A DNA stretch of 62,855 nucleotides, filler included, from Basidiobolus ranarum (taxonomy: Eukaryota), in the NCBI GenBank assembly GCA_040143965.1. It is 29 parts of 29 records of this genome, joined end to end, with 100 filler letters (N's around TTAATTAATTAA, not from the genome) between each part and the next. Parts side by side here need not be neighbours in the genome. Positions count along the whole stretch, not along the records: positions 23,928 to 25,999 come from JASJQH010010701.1; positions 26,100 to 28,171 come from JASJQH010010702.1; positions 28,272 to 30,342 come from JASJQH010010703.1; positions 30,443 to 32,512 come from JASJQH010010704.1; positions 32,613 to 34,682 come from JASJQH010010705.1; positions 34,783 to 36,852 come from JASJQH010010706.1; positions 36,953 to 39,021 come from JASJQH010010707.1; 22 more parts are not named here. One strand, given 5' to 3'. This document shows positions 23,928 through 36,954 of this stretch, one piece after another. The position numbers and the translations under genes are program-made. The number at the start of each line of letters is the position of its first letter. The first letter of the stretch is position 1. The notes under the pieces were generated by a model. It worked only from the letters and a program-made list of their open reading frames with translations. It ran no database searches and was not told the DNA's origin.

Positions 23928-25098
23928 TTCTTGTGCTGCCCTCTTTGATTACATGGCCTGGTTTCTTGCAATGCCAGCAGATGATTGCATCCCTACTAGG
24001 GTCACCTTTATTGAATTGCAATGGATATTTTCAGCTCCAAAAAAGGCCTGATCTGCATTATCTTGCTGAAAAATAGATATCCTTAATTGCTCATTTAAAA
24101 GCCTGGTACTAACATATTCCATTATAAATGGTTCTGATCTTGATTTTAGGGCAATCAAGGGGCTCCCAAATTCACCTTGCCAGCTTGCAAGTAGTGTCAT
24201 GATGCAGTCATCTTGACTTAGAGAGGCACCAAGGGATGAGAGCTGATCTGCCATAGTTTTTATCCAATTCCTATTAATGGCCACAAAATAATTGTAAATA
24301 ATCTAAATTGAGGATTACTTTCATCTAGGATATACCCTATCCGCCCAACTTCAAGTTGCATATAGTCCCCCAAGTGCTTTCAAAGCCTTTTGGCTGTTTT
24401 TGGCTGAGTGTATTTGCCTCAATTGAGAGTCTCTGAGATGTAGACAAGTGTAGAGAGACCTTTCCTCTGCCTCTTGTGAAAGGCAAGGATAGCTCCTAGT
24501 GGTCCCTTTCGCTCTATACTTCTTCTGTAACTAATCCCAAAGGCCCTTGTCTTCAGTACCATTTGCAAGTTGTACTTCCAAAGATGAAAGTCTTCATGAG
24601 CAAACTTCTGTGTGGATGCAAAATGTTGGTAGTAGCACTGGTAGACATTACTCTATCAGCTAGTTTGTAATGCATAATCTGATAAAAGTGTTTAGAGAAT
24701 TTGGAAGTGTTTTGGACATGATGAGGGTTTGTGACAAGGACACTTGACTTTTATTAAATTGAATATGACCATTCAAAGTTTCCCATGAAATAGGATTTGC
24801 CAATTAGACACCCAAGTTTCATTGATTTGAGTATGTGTTATTTATACTTTAGTCTGAAATAGGGCTTTTGGACATGCTTAGATCATAGCAAACAAGCCTG
24901 CAAAGCATGGGTGAAAAATTGAGATTATTTGGAGACATTTTGAGAAAATAATAAAAACTATCAAAAGTGATCCAATTGATATTTCCATCTGTTAGAGTAA
25001 TAAGCATACATTTTTAAATGGCAGAAATGAGTGCTAAATAATCAGAATATGAGTAGAATTAATACTTAATAATGAGTTCCTGTTACTAAATATCAACA
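23928..25098 (-). mobile_element. Copia family A: LTR (24680-25098), decayed PBS, gag
   Basis: DFHLWKYNLQMVL, MADQLSSLGASLSQDDCIMTLLAS, zinc knuckle; LTR matches 6737-7087 with a small internal duplication. Confidence 0.85.
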
Positions 25099-25199
25099 AA
25101 AAAACTTGAAAGACCATATAAGCCTAAAAGTCTAGCATATATACTATATCTTGAATGAAAAGTACTGTCCAGTCAGATAAATACTTGTGATTCACTGGC

Positions 25200-25887
25200 A
25201 TATAAGTTGGACCTAACCTATGGCTGATTAACCCCCATCATTAAAGCATCTCTGAATGAGGATGGCTTTGTCATGTTACTACTTGGGAACCTGACAGAAG
25301 AATTGCAAGGATCTGAATTGCCCTGGAATCAATATCATTGTCTTTATCAATGAAATATTCAGGTGCCAAGCTTTTCAATGAAGAGTTAAAGAGATCCAAT
25401 ATTCAGTAAAAAAATAAATATCAATCACTTTTTGGAGCTTTGAAATGTCCAACATGTTTCAATCATGGTGCCCCCAGAAGGAAATCAATCTGCACTAGTT
25501 TTGCAAGAAACCAGGTAATTTTATAATATATTGCAGCAAAAAGTTTTTTACAACAAAGTAACTATTACAACAAGTAAATAGTGTAGGCACTGATTGAATC
25601 ATCTATTGATATCTCTCCTATCATTAACTGCTACAAAAGACTCAAAACTTGGTACATGGATTTAGAATCTTTTAGGCATAAGTCCTACAAGAAAGCATAG
25701 CTTTCCTGCTTGGAACTAATTCAAACAAACAAAATCTGCTTAGGAGATGAATATACTCTAATCGCAAGTGGTAAGGGCACAACTGTGCTTGATTTAGGCA
25801 AATATTCAGCTATACCATCTGCTAAAATAGGTGCTGCGCAATATGTGCCAAATATACCCACAAGTCTGCTATCAGTGAGCCAAGCAA
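25200..25887 (+). pseudogene. Copia gag-protease remnant
   Basis: ASLNEDGFVMLLLG, TWYMD, ICLGDEYTLIASGKG, YVPNIPTSLLSVSQAT. Confidence 0.7.
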
Positions 25888-26099
25888 CGGGGTGGGGAGG
25901 GGGCAAAGACCTGAAGCCGCGAATTTCATCCCCCTGGCGAAGGACCAGGGCCAAAACCCCCTCATTTAACTCTCGGAGAGCGATTAGAAAGGGGTTCGAN
26001 NNNNNNNNNNNNNNNNNNNNNNNNNNNNNNNNNNNNNNNNNNNTTAATTAATTAANNNNNNNNNNNNNNNNNNNNNNNNNNNNNNNNNNNNNNNNNNNN

Positions 26100-27454
26100 G
26101 TACCTCAACTTCTGGCATTGTGTTGGGCACTTCAGTAGGCAAAACTTTGGTTAAAAGGTCCACACAAATGCTAATTTATTCATTGTTTAGGTTTGAATCA
26201 ATTTGAATGATTGGATCAGGAGGAAGTTAATTTTCATCATGCATCTGGGGTCATTTTGTGTGAAAAATTTTCTTTTCATTAAACAATACATCCATGGACT
26301 TTATTTACTTGAAAAGATTGGTATCAAAGAGTCTGTAGGCCTTAGTTTGAGTACACTAACCCAGAAATTTGCATTTCTTACTTTTTGGATCAAATTCAGA
26401 CCAATTTTTGGTTACAATTTTGCCATAAGCAATGCATCCAAACATCCTCAAATGTTTTACATCAGGTTTACTTCAGACCAAGCTTGATATGGTATAGAGT
26501 TAGACAGACTTCTAGTAAAACTCCTATTCTTCAGATATACAGCTGAAGCAACACATTCTGCTCAAAAGTTATGATATATATTTTGTGCATTTATCATAGA
26601 ACTTGCCAATTCCGTTATAGTCCTGTTAGCTTTTTCCTCCACTCCATTTGATGAGGTGAATAGGGGCACTAGTTTCTTGCTTAATTCCATGCAAAAGTGC
26701 TTTAATAGTATTGAAGCATATTGTCCACCATTATCAGTATCTGTTTTCTTGCTTTTAGTTCCAGTCTCAGTCTGCACCAGTGTTTCAAATCTTTAAAAAT
26801 GGACAGAGCTTCTTCTTTTCTTTCCATGAAGTATACCCAAGTGTATCTTGTATAATCATCAATAAATGTGATTACATATCTTTTTCCACCTAAGGATAAA
26901 CATTGCATAGGTCCACACAAATATGAATAAATTAGATCCAATTTTGCAACAGATTTGATTAACCTAGAGCTCTTGAATGGTTGCCTGGCTTGTTTTCCAT
27001 ATATACAACCCTCACAGATTTCCATTTTAGTTTGGGGTAAATATGAATTCTAGAAAATAGGAAATTTTTGATCAGTTTGCTCAAATAAGCAAATCCAATA
27101 TGGCCAAATCTCTTATGCCATAATTGAATAGTTTCCTGAATGGAATAACTTATATTTACACATAGACCTCTTGGACTTTATGTATGTTTGTATAAGATCT
27201 GATCCTTTTCTCTCAAAGCTAAATAATTCCCATTTTGATCATTAATGATGCATCCTGACTTATCAAAATTGAATTTTAGCCCTTCTGAGGTGGCCTTGAA
27301 TACAGATATTAATTTCTTTGCAATATCTGGAACATGGAGTACATCCTTAAAAATCTATACTTTCTCTTCAGAAGCTGTAGTTAAATTGTCTTGAATTGTT
27401 CCCATTCCAATAGCATCCAATGTGCAGTCATCTCCCATGAAAACCTTTCTAATT
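26100..27454 (-). mobile_element. Copia protease-integrase remnant
   Basis: KVFMGDDCTLDAIGMG, WHKRFGH, CEGCIYGKQ, TFIDDYTRYTWVYF, TDNGGQY. Confidence 0.9.
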
Positions 27455-28171
27455 CCCTAACAAAAATTTGAAGATTGTAATCATAGGAAAACCATTGCAG
27501 TTTTAATTCATTTGGGATTGACCGTTTACTGACCATCATAAAATTGTCAAGTTAGATTTGATTTTGATCAATTTTTCAGTTTCAGGAGTGAAATTTCAAG
27601 ATCTTACAAAATAGTGGCACATGATTGGCAAAAATGTCAAAGAACTATGGATCAATAGATGTGCAATAAACATAATGCAAATTTTACACAACTACAACTT
27701 GAACACTAATTTGTCACCTTCAAAATCCCTAATCTCTTTCATATATTCTCCTGAATATTTTTACAGAGTTCTTCATACCCAAGGTTTAGCCCATACCCTG
27801 CACAAGCTTGTGTCAATATCTCCATCAAAGCCCACCATTGTATTAATGTTGCTGAATCAACATTCTTCCAGCTATCTGGCAGATACCCTGCAATATTGTG
27901 CCACTCTGTATTAAGTTCTTCCCAGATATCTGCATGGTCAACACCAGACTGAATGTCAAGTTGAATGTTCTTCTTCTGAAGCCACTTTCTGCATACTTGC
28001 ACTGCATTTTTCCCTTCATACTTTTGAAAATACTCCTCAAGCACTTTGACTATTTTTGTACATCCTTGTAGTGTGACACTACTGAGGGTGCTTTGCGGTG
28101 TTTGTGTGGCTTTTTGCTTGCCTTTACCTTTGGGACTAATTTCAACACTTTGAAAAGTACCAGTTGAGGTT
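27455..28171 (+). mobile_element. CMC end A plus ORF2 C-terminus (minus strand)
   Basis: ccctaacaaaaatttgaagattg terminus; ORF 27739-28044. Confidence 0.85.
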
Positions 28172-28271
28172 NNNNNNNNNNNNNNNNNNNNNNNNNNNNN
28201 NNNNNNNNNNNNNNNTTAATTAATTAANNNNNNNNNNNNNNNNNNNNNNNNNNNNNNNNNNNNNNNNNNNN

Positions 28272-30342
28272 TGAAGCATTTTAGCATGTATAGGATGCAT
28301 CAAGACTGATTCAGCATGATTTTCTGATTGTGCTTATCTCTCTTGATTTGGATTCCAAGAAAATACCTTAATTCACCCATATCAGTCATCTGAAATTGGT
28401 TTGATAAGCTGCTTTTTATCTGATAGTGATTTTAGATCATTTGTGGCTATGATTAAGTCATCCATATATAGTGCCAAGATAAGGATCCTCTTTCTGGTTG
28501 TTCTGATGTAACTACCATGATCTGCTGTTCATTTTTTGAATTCTAGTGATTCCAATAAGGTATCTATCTTGTTGTACCATGCCCTGGTTGCTGGCTTGAG
28601 TCCATTCAGCAATTTTTGCAGTTTACAGACCAAATCAGGATTTTTTGGACCAACAAATACTTCTGGTTGCTCCATTTTGATCTCTTCTTCTACATTTTCA
28701 TTCTGAAAGGTTGTTTTTACATCCATTTGATGTTGAACAAAGTTATGGATAGTTGAGAGTGCCAGGATTGATCTACCAGAGCTAAACTTAGCTACTGAAG
28801 CAAACATTTTATTAAAATCAATTCCTGGGGTCTGGGAATAGCCTTTTGTGACTAATCTTGCTTTGTAGCTTTCTATGGTTCCACCAGCTTGATTTTTGAC
28901 TTTGTAGACACAGTTGTAACCTGTTGCCTTTCTCCCTGATGGAAGAGGACTTAAAACCATATTTTATTGTCCTGAAGTGAAGAATATTCATCTGACATTG
29001 CTTTTCCCACAATTTTGATTCTGCTCACTTGAGAGTTTGTTATAGAGTCTGTGGCTGTCACAGAATGCTGCATAAGCATATGCATCATCATTGGAAGTGT
29101 TCCACCAGTTTTCTGGCTTATTTCTCCTTCTGGATAAGCTTCTGGGTCCTGAATCATCCTCTGATGTAACTGGACCTGCAATTTTGGTTGAATAAGGCTC
29201 AGATACAGCTGGATTTCTGTCAGTCACCTCCTGAATTGTGCTGACTATGTTTTCAGGATCAAGAACAGTGATTTGAGGTGAAGAATTTGTTTTTTATCAA
29301 AAATTACATCTCCGCAGTTGATTACCTTCTGGTTTTTGGTATCAAACAGTGTGTAGGCCTGAGATTCATCACAGTAACCAAGAAATATGCATTTTCTGCT
29401 TTAAGGTTTGAATTTAGACTGTTTTTGAGCTGGAATTAGGCAATATGCTGTGCAACTAAAGATCCTGGGAGCATCTACAATTGGTTTTCATCCATATAGG
29501 GCTTCTAATGGAGTAGAATTTTGTAGCAATTGTGTTAGGCATCTGTTTTTGATATAGACTGCAGTGTAGACATATTCAGCCCAATATTGGTAATCTAACT
29601 TTTGATCATGTAACATTGAACTTGCCATCTTCACTATGGTTCTATTAGCATGTTCTGCAGCTCCATTTTGCTGAGGAGTATAAGGAACAGTAGTTTGATA
29701 CATAGTTCCATGTTTAGAGCAAAAACTGGTAAAGTCCTTAGAGCAGTATTCTCCACCATTATCACTCCTTAGTACCCTTATTTTTTGTGCTGATTATTTC
29801 TCTACCATTGCTTTGTGTTGTCTGAATGTAGCTAAGGCTTTGGATTTTGATTTGGGAAAGCATACCCAAGTATATCTTGTCTTGTAATCAATAAAGGACA
29901 TAAAGTACCTTTTACTACCTAGTGAGATGTTGTTCATGACTCCACATAGGTCAGAATGAATTAGAGCACAATTCTGAGTGGATTTAATCTCTCCAGAGAT
30001 TGAAAATGGCTGTCTGTGATGTTTTCCATATATGCAACCTTAACATAGATTCAATTTAGTGATATTTCCAATTTCCAATCCTGAAACAAGCTGATTTTGG
30101 ATTATATGGGTTAATTTCTATTCCCCAATGGGGCCTAATCTTCTATGCCACATTTAACAGCCTATTTCACCAGTTTGGGCCAAGTTTGCATGCTCAGAAT
30201 GCAATTTGCTGATCCTAGCTTGTATTAGTTTTGAGTTTAGAAGTGAGTAGTTAATTTGGTATTATTCTGATTTGAGATAGTGCACCCAACCTTACTGAGC
30301 ACAAAATTTGGTCCTTGAGTTGTTGCTTGGCTTACTGAGAGT
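28272..30342 (-). mobile_element. Copia integrase-RT remnant
   Basis: SDLCG, SDNGGEY, VPYTPQQNGAAE, YKARLVTKGYSQ, QMDVKT, LYMDDLII. Confidence 0.92.
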
Positions 30343-30442
30343 NNNNNNNNNNNNNNNNNNNNNNNNNNNNNNNNNNNNNNNNNNNNTTAATTAATTAANN
30401 NNNNNNNNNNNNNNNNNNNNNNNNNNNNNNNNNNNNNNNNNN

Positions 30443-31778
30443 ACAATGAAACATTTGCTCCTGTAGCAAAGTTTAATTCCATCAGAACCTTACAAGCAGT
30501 AGAAGAAAAGCACAGCTTAAACATCCATCAAATGGATGTTAAAGCTGCTTTTTTCAATGGGTACTTGGAAGAGGATATATTCATGAATCAACTGGATGGT
30601 TTTGTAAAAACTGAGCACCCTGTGGATATGTGTAAGCTAAAAAATTCACCTTATGAACTTGAACAATCACCCAGTGCCTGGTACACTAAGATAGACACAT
30701 ACTGGGAATCACAGCATTTCCAAAAGAGTACAGCAGATTTTATGATCTACTTTGTGACAGATAACAACAGTAAGGTGATACTTACATTATGTGTAGATGA
30801 GCTGATGATAGCTATCAATAATGATGAAGCTCCTGGGAACACCAAAAGAGATCCATCAGTCCAATTCATGATGTCCAATATAGGTGATCTTATATATTTT
30901 TGGGCCTGCAGACCCATACAGATATATTATGTAAATCTGTTGCTCTGAATCAGTCTAAGTACATATCTGCCATTCTCAGATGTTACAGGATGGGGAACTG
31001 TAAGCCAGTAGCAACTCCTATGGATTGAGGTGTGAAACTAATCAAAAATCCCATCATAGATGACAAAATCAGCCAAATATGGCTCAAAATATGTCATTTG
31101 AAAGCCCTTAGTTCTCTTATCAATCTATGGTAGGTAGTTTGCTCTATGCTAAGACTGGGAACAGGCCAGATATGTCTTTTGCAGTGGGGGTAGCTACTCA
31201 ACATGTGCAAAATCCAGGATCTGAGCATTAAGCAGCAGTTAAGTGGATTTTCAGATATTTGAAAGAGACAGTTGATCTGGAATTAAGATACACATATTCT
31301 TACAACAGTAAGGATCTAATTACATATAGTGATGCAAAGTGGTGATGTGATATTGAGGATGGAAGATCTATCACTAGATGTACCTTTCTCTATATCCCTA
31401 ACAAAAAAAAATTAGATTTGCCTTTCATAATATTTTCTTACTGTTATACTAAGTTATTATGCTGGGATTACAACAGTTTTCTTATGGTTTCTCTACTAGC
31501 ATTTTTCTTCCTCACATTTTCTAATGGTATTCCTACCACTATATTTGTGTTTTTTCTGGTTTTCCTCTGGTATTCATTCCCGTTTTTTTCATAGGGTATA
31601 GTGAAGCAGCCATATCTTGGAATAGCACAAAACAACTCACTGTAGCACTTTCAACAACTGAAGCAGAGTATATTGCAGCATCACATACAACAAAGGAGGC
31701 CATGTGGTTAAGGAAACTGTTCCAAGACTTGGGCATTTCTCAAAGTTCACCTACCATAATTTTCAAGAATAATCAAAG
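30443..31778 (+). mobile_element. Copia (family C) RT-RNase H remnant, interrupted by a MITE and cut by CMC end A
   Basis: QMDVKAAF, CVDELMI, YQSMVGSL, ISWNS..QLTVALSTTEAEY. Confidence 0.9.
31396..31596. mobile_element. 201-bp non-autonomous CMC-type MITE (CCCTA...TAGGG) with 3-bp TAT target duplication
   Basis: Ends CCCTAACAAAAAAA and TTTTTTTCATAGGG; TAT on both sides; copia coding sequence resumes after it. Confidence 0.8.
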
Positions 31779-32354
31779 CCTTAACAGAAATTTGAGGATT
31801 ATTATTATAGGAAAACAATCACTATTTTAATCCATTTGGGATTAACCAATCAATTATCATCATAAATAGTCAATTCAGATTTGATCTTGATCAATTTTTT
31901 CAAGATCAGGAGTGAAATTTTAAGATCTTGCAAAATAGTTCATGTGATTGGCTACCATCTCAGAGAACTATGGATCAGCACAGGTACAAAATACATAACT
32001 TGGATTTTACACATTTACCTCTTGAATGCTAATTTGTCACCTTCAAAATCCCTAGTTTCTTTGATCCATTCTCCAAAACATTTGATAGAGTTCTTCATAC
32101 CCAAGGTTTAGCTCATATCCAACATAAGTTTGTATCAATGTCTCCACAAAAACCTGCCATTAAGTTAACATTGCTGAATCAACATTCTTCCAGCTATCTG
32201 GTGGATACCCTGTAATATTGTGCCACTCTGTATTAAGTTCTTCCCTGATATCTGCATGGTCAACACCAGACTGAATGTCAAGTTTAATGATCTTGTTCTG
32301 AAACCTCTTCTGGCATGTTTGCACTGCATTTTTCCCTTCATACTTTTGAAAATA
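31779..32354 (+). mobile_element. CMC end A plus ORF2 C-terminus
   Basis: ccttaacagaaatttgagg terminus inside RNase H (NNQS codons). Confidence 0.85.
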
Positions 32355-32512
32355 CCCCAACAAAAATAAAATCACTTTGATCCGGATTGGATCCACCCTC
32401 AAATATATCAATACAGTTGAAAATTGTGACAATGTTGGTGGCTTGGATTCTGACAGGGATTTTGATGGTATGATGGCAGTTTCTTGACAGTATTTTAACA
32501 GTATTCATAAGT
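32355..32512 (-). mobile_element. CMC end B nested inside another CMC copy
   Basis: ccccaacaaaaataaaatcactttgatccggattggatcc. Confidence 0.8.
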
Positions 32513-32612
32513 NNNNNNNNNNNNNNNNNNNNNNNNNNNNNNNNNNNNNNNNNNNNTTAATTAATTAANNNNNNNNNNNNNNNNNNNNNNNNNNNNNNNN
32601 NNNNNNNNNNNN

Positions 32613-33950
32613 ATCTGATGGCCAAAAAGAAAGAGTCAATCAGGTTTTGGAACAATATTTGTGATGCACTATCAACTATAATCGGGATAATTGGACACAA
32701 CTCTTGCCTCTTACTGAGTTTGCTTACAACAACTCTTATCATACTGCAACAAAACAAACTCCCTTCTTTGCAAATTATGGATTCCATCCTTGTTTCACAA
32801 TTCGCCCACCATCCAATCTGCCTTGCCCTGCTGCCTCAGACCATGCCACTTACCTTGAGGACATCCATAAACAACTAATATCTGAGTTGGAGCATGCTCT
32901 ATCCTGATACAAGAACTTTGCAGATAAGAAAAGAAAGCCAAGCCCAGTTCTCAGGCCAGGAGATTATGTTTGGCTACTTTGGAAAAGTATCAAAACCACT
33001 AGACCTTGTGATAAACTTGATCGTAAAAGACTAGGGCCTTTTAAGATTATTAAGCAAATCAATTCAGTATCCTTCTGCCTTGAACTCCCAGCCCACTTCA
33101 AAGTCCACAATGTATTCCATGTGTCTCTCTTAGAGCCACATGCCAGAAACACCTTCCAGGGCCAATCCATTGACCCACCCCCAGCAATCCTAGTGGAAGA
33201 ACACCCTGGATATGAAGTGAGTAAAATTCTAGATTTCAGAATTTATTGACATAAATTGCAATATTTAGTGGATTGGAAGGGATATTCAACAAATGATTTA
33301 TCATGGGAGCCAGCAACAAATCTTTCCAATTCCAAGGAACTCTGCCAGGAGTTTCATGAAGCCTACCCAGAAAAACCTGGCCCTATGATATCTGGAAGCC
33401 ATCACTAAAGAAAGGGATACTGTCATGATTTTGATCTTGGCATACTGATCCACTACAAATAGAACTTCTCTATTATTAGATTATGACATCATATCTACTG
33501 TGCCATCCCTTCCTAGCAATCTGGTGTCAGTTCATCCAAATTAACTTATATGCAAATCATGTCCTTTGGAACATTCCATGAAACCTAACCAATCATGTCC
33601 TTGCACACATAGTGTATTTCTGCCAAGACCTTCCATGGAAGGTCACCTGATTATCCTTACATCATCCCTCTTTGTATTGGTCCTTGTAGTCCCCAACACC
33701 CGAACTCTCAAACTTGCCACAGTATATTCCCTATTCAGTATATTATGTTTCACCATGCAATATCTATATAAGCCCCATGTATTCCTTGATCAGACTGAGG
33801 TCTGTTCAATGCCAGTTATCAATAAAGATTCTAGCCAAAGTATCTTCTTTGTGCAGTCTTGTCTTGTCTTGTGGTCTACACCCAAGTACTCTCCTGCCTT
33901 CTAGCCTCTTGTTGTTGTTCCCAGTCCTTGTCCAGTTCCTTATTGTGACA
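32613..33950 (+). mobile_element. Gypsy chromovirus 3' end: integrase tail, chromodomain, PPT, 530-bp LTR (33421-33950)
   Basis: KRLGPFKI, VHNVFHVSLL, YEVSKIL...QYLVDWKGY....SWEP (chromodomain); PPT aaagaaagggatac; LTR TGTCATG...GTGACA. Confidence 0.95.
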
Positions 33951-34782
33951 GTAATCAGGCGGTGTAGTGTTGGAAATATTGAAATCATATCTTGCACATA
34001 ATAAGCAGGAATAATATTATCTATTGCTATCTTAAAATATTATACAGATCAAGAAAAAGAACAAGAATATTTGATTGCTCATAATCACATCAATACTTAA
34101 CTGATTACAACAATTGTAGCTGTAATCAAAAACTCCGGAATTAGAGCTTTGCAACCATGCAAGAATCATAAGATTTGATCCAACATTGGTGGAGCTTCAA
34201 TCATTTCAAAATTGTCAACACAAAAATCAACACTAGCATATATTCAGAACACAGGAATTAAAGCTCTCAAGATGCTCACATAAATAGTGCTAACTTTTAA
34301 ACCAGCCAATGGATTCTCTTCAAAGTTTGCACAGAGCTGCAGCATTACTTGATGCTGAAGTGTTTTACGTTTCAAAGCCGCAGCTGCTTTATTAGTAATC
34401 TTATTAGCACTTCAATGCTAAGCCACCCACTCATAGTATTTATTCTGGGCCATGAATTCATAGCATTTATTCTAAGCTGTTTCTTTATATAAGCAACCCT
34501 GCCCCCTATTGAAAAAGCTTCTAGCCTTAGCACCATCCAAACTACACCATATTCTTTATCCTTTCCTTAACTAGATATTATACCCTGTATCATAGTAAGA
34601 TAATAAAGATTCCTATTGCAACTCAACTAGGCTTGACTATTGAAGATTGCAGTGCAGATTCTTTCATAGTTATCTTCACCTTNNNNNNNNNNNNNNNNNN
34701 NNNNNNNNNNNNNNNNNNNNNNNNNNTTAATTAATTAANNNNNNNNNNNNNNNNNNNNNNNNNNNNNNNNNNNNNNNNNNNN

Positions 34783-35123
34783 CGTGTATTTTTTGATTCT
34801 CATTATGGCTGGAATACAAAGCTTAAAATATCTAAATAAAGGCATGCATATTAATTTGAATTCCTACAGCAGTAAACCCAGTAATTTGCCATTCAAAAAT
34901 TAGATTTTGCAAGATAACCGGATATTGAATAACATATGTCAAATTTGAAGATCAATATTTTAACATGTATGAATACGGTCAAAATACCATCAAGAAACCA
35001 TCATCACACCATCAAAATCCCTGGCAGAATGCAAGCCACCAATATTGTGAAGGTCCTCTGATGGTTTTACTCTTTTGGAGGGTTTATCTGAGCTGTATCA
35101 AATTGATTTTATTATTGTTAGGG
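34783..35123 (+). mobile_element. CMC end B
   Basis: Ends attattgttaggg; matches 19165-19481. Confidence 0.85.
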
Positions 35124-35911
35124 TATGGTGAAGCAGTAATATCTTGGAATAGCATGAAACAACCCACTGTAGCACTTTCAACAACTGAAGCAGAGTACAT
35201 GAAAACATCACATACAACAAAGGAGGCTATGTGGTTAAGGAAGTTGTTCAAAGACATGGGCATTTTTCAAAGTTCACACACCATAAATTTCAAGGATAAT
35301 CAATGTTGTATTTCTTTAGCTAAAAATCCCAAATTTCATGCTAGAAGTAAGCACATTGACATTCAATCATCACTCTGTTAGGGAAGCTATTGAGAATAAG
35401 CACATCTACTGGAGTACTGTCCAACTGAGGACATAATTACTGACATCCTTACCAAACTAATACCCAAACCAAAATGAAAGAATTAAGATTTAAGTTAGGA
35501 TTAAGATATATGCACATATAGTTGAGTGGGAGTGTTGAAGTTTATTGTCTTTATTATATTTGTTATCTCTATCCTTATACACCTAACTATTGCATATATC
35601 ACATATATGCTAGTTAACATTACTTAGTCAAATATCACTCAACTGCAAATCAGAGCATAAATCATATATGTATGTGAAAAATGTGAAAATTAGCAATTCC
35701 ATATTGGAAATTTCGAACTCATCCAAATTGCCCCAAAGATAGCTCATTTTACTGCCACATATGTTCTGAACCCAACCCCAGTGTTAGTTTCTTGCATTTC
35801 CACCCAAATGTGTAAATGCTTTATTTCTCAACAATAAATAATTTTCACACGAAAGCTACTCACATCTCCACTTTTCTAAAGTTCCTCCAAACAGCCCATA
35901 TTTTCCAAAAA
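35124..35911 (+). mobile_element. Copia family C RNase H, PPT and 3' LTR type C (35533-~35911)
   Basis: YGEAVISWNS..QPTVALSTTEAEY...HARSKHIDI; PPT agttgagtgggag. Confidence 0.9.
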
Positions 35912-36015
35912 GAAATGCTCAAGTCTTTGAACAGTTTCCTTGACAACATAACCTCCTTTGTTGTATTTGATGCTTCCATGTACTCTACTACAGGTATTGA
36001 AAGTTCTTCAGTGGG
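35912..36015 (-). pseudogene. Copia RNase H fragment
   Basis: PTEELSIPVVEYMEASNTTKEVMLSRKLFKDL. Confidence 0.7.
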
Positions 36016-36852
36016 CCCTAACAAAAATAAAATTGAGTTGATCCCAATCAGATCCACCCTCCAAAAGAGCAAAACTGTCAGATAACCTTCACAATATTGG
36101 TGGCTGGCATGCTGCCAGGGATTTTGATAGTATGATGGTGGTTTCATGGGAATACTTTGAAAGTATTCATACATGTTGAAATATTGATCCTCAAATTTGG
36201 CATGCATTATTCAATATCTGGCAATTTTTGCAAAAATATAATACTCAAATGGCAATTTACTGGGTTTACTGTGGTAGGAAATCAAATTAATATACATGCC
36301 TTGATCTAGATATTCTATGCTTTGTATTCCAGACAGAATGAGAATTAGAGAATACAAGAATCTTGTTGCGTTTAGTCTCTGCATATGCACATACTTGACT
36401 GATTAGACATAACTCAACAACATCAATATGCTTTACCAGCAGACAAATGATGGAAAAATTGCTAAGCATCTAAAATCTAGATTAGGAATTTTGAATTGCA
36501 CTGACACTTGGCAAATAGCTGACTCTTGTTAACATTCACAAAGAAAATAAGCTCTTGGTTTTTGGCAAATTTCTATAAAGAATTCAACCAAACTATCCCC
36601 ATCTTGCAGTCAACAAATGTCTTGCCACAAGTCTATGGGTCATTGCTTGAATAGATTACCCCATGGCTAAAACAATAATACTGTGTATCTTGATCCACAT
36701 CACCAAGAAGTCTGTGTTGCAGCTTTCCTAAAAATACCAATGGATTATTACAAAAGCAAATTAGTCCATTATAGAGGTACTTACTCTGTGTCCACAGATT
36801 GGGCTTTGTTGCTGTTATTGTGCTCAAACAATGCAAAAACCTATGAGCACAT
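36016..36852 (-). mobile_element. CMC end B and transposase 3' region
   Basis: ccctaacaaaaataaaattg terminus; matches 18680-19481 in reverse. Confidence 0.85.
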
Positions 36853-36954
36853 NNNNNNNNNNNNNNNNNNNNNNNNNNNNNNNNNNNNNNNNNNNNTTAA
36901 TTAATTAANNNNNNNNNNNNNNNNNNNNNNNNNNNNNNNNNNNNNNNNNNNNAT

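Noticed and set aside
33566-34001. Hydrophobic ORFs in the gypsy LTR (also 49017-49292) as an env-like gene
   Set aside because: They lie within the LTR after the PPT, and their start and stop positions differ between the two copies.
33951-34682. Unique AT-rich stretch after the gypsy LTR (also 15750-16360 and 20540-21440)
   Set aside because: No recognisable motif, repeat partner or sustained reading frame found by eye.
34965-35381. ORF fusing a novel N-terminus to RNase H (also 35860-36207 and 32160-32432)
   Set aside because: Chance read-through from the non-coding CMC terminus into the sequence it interrupts.
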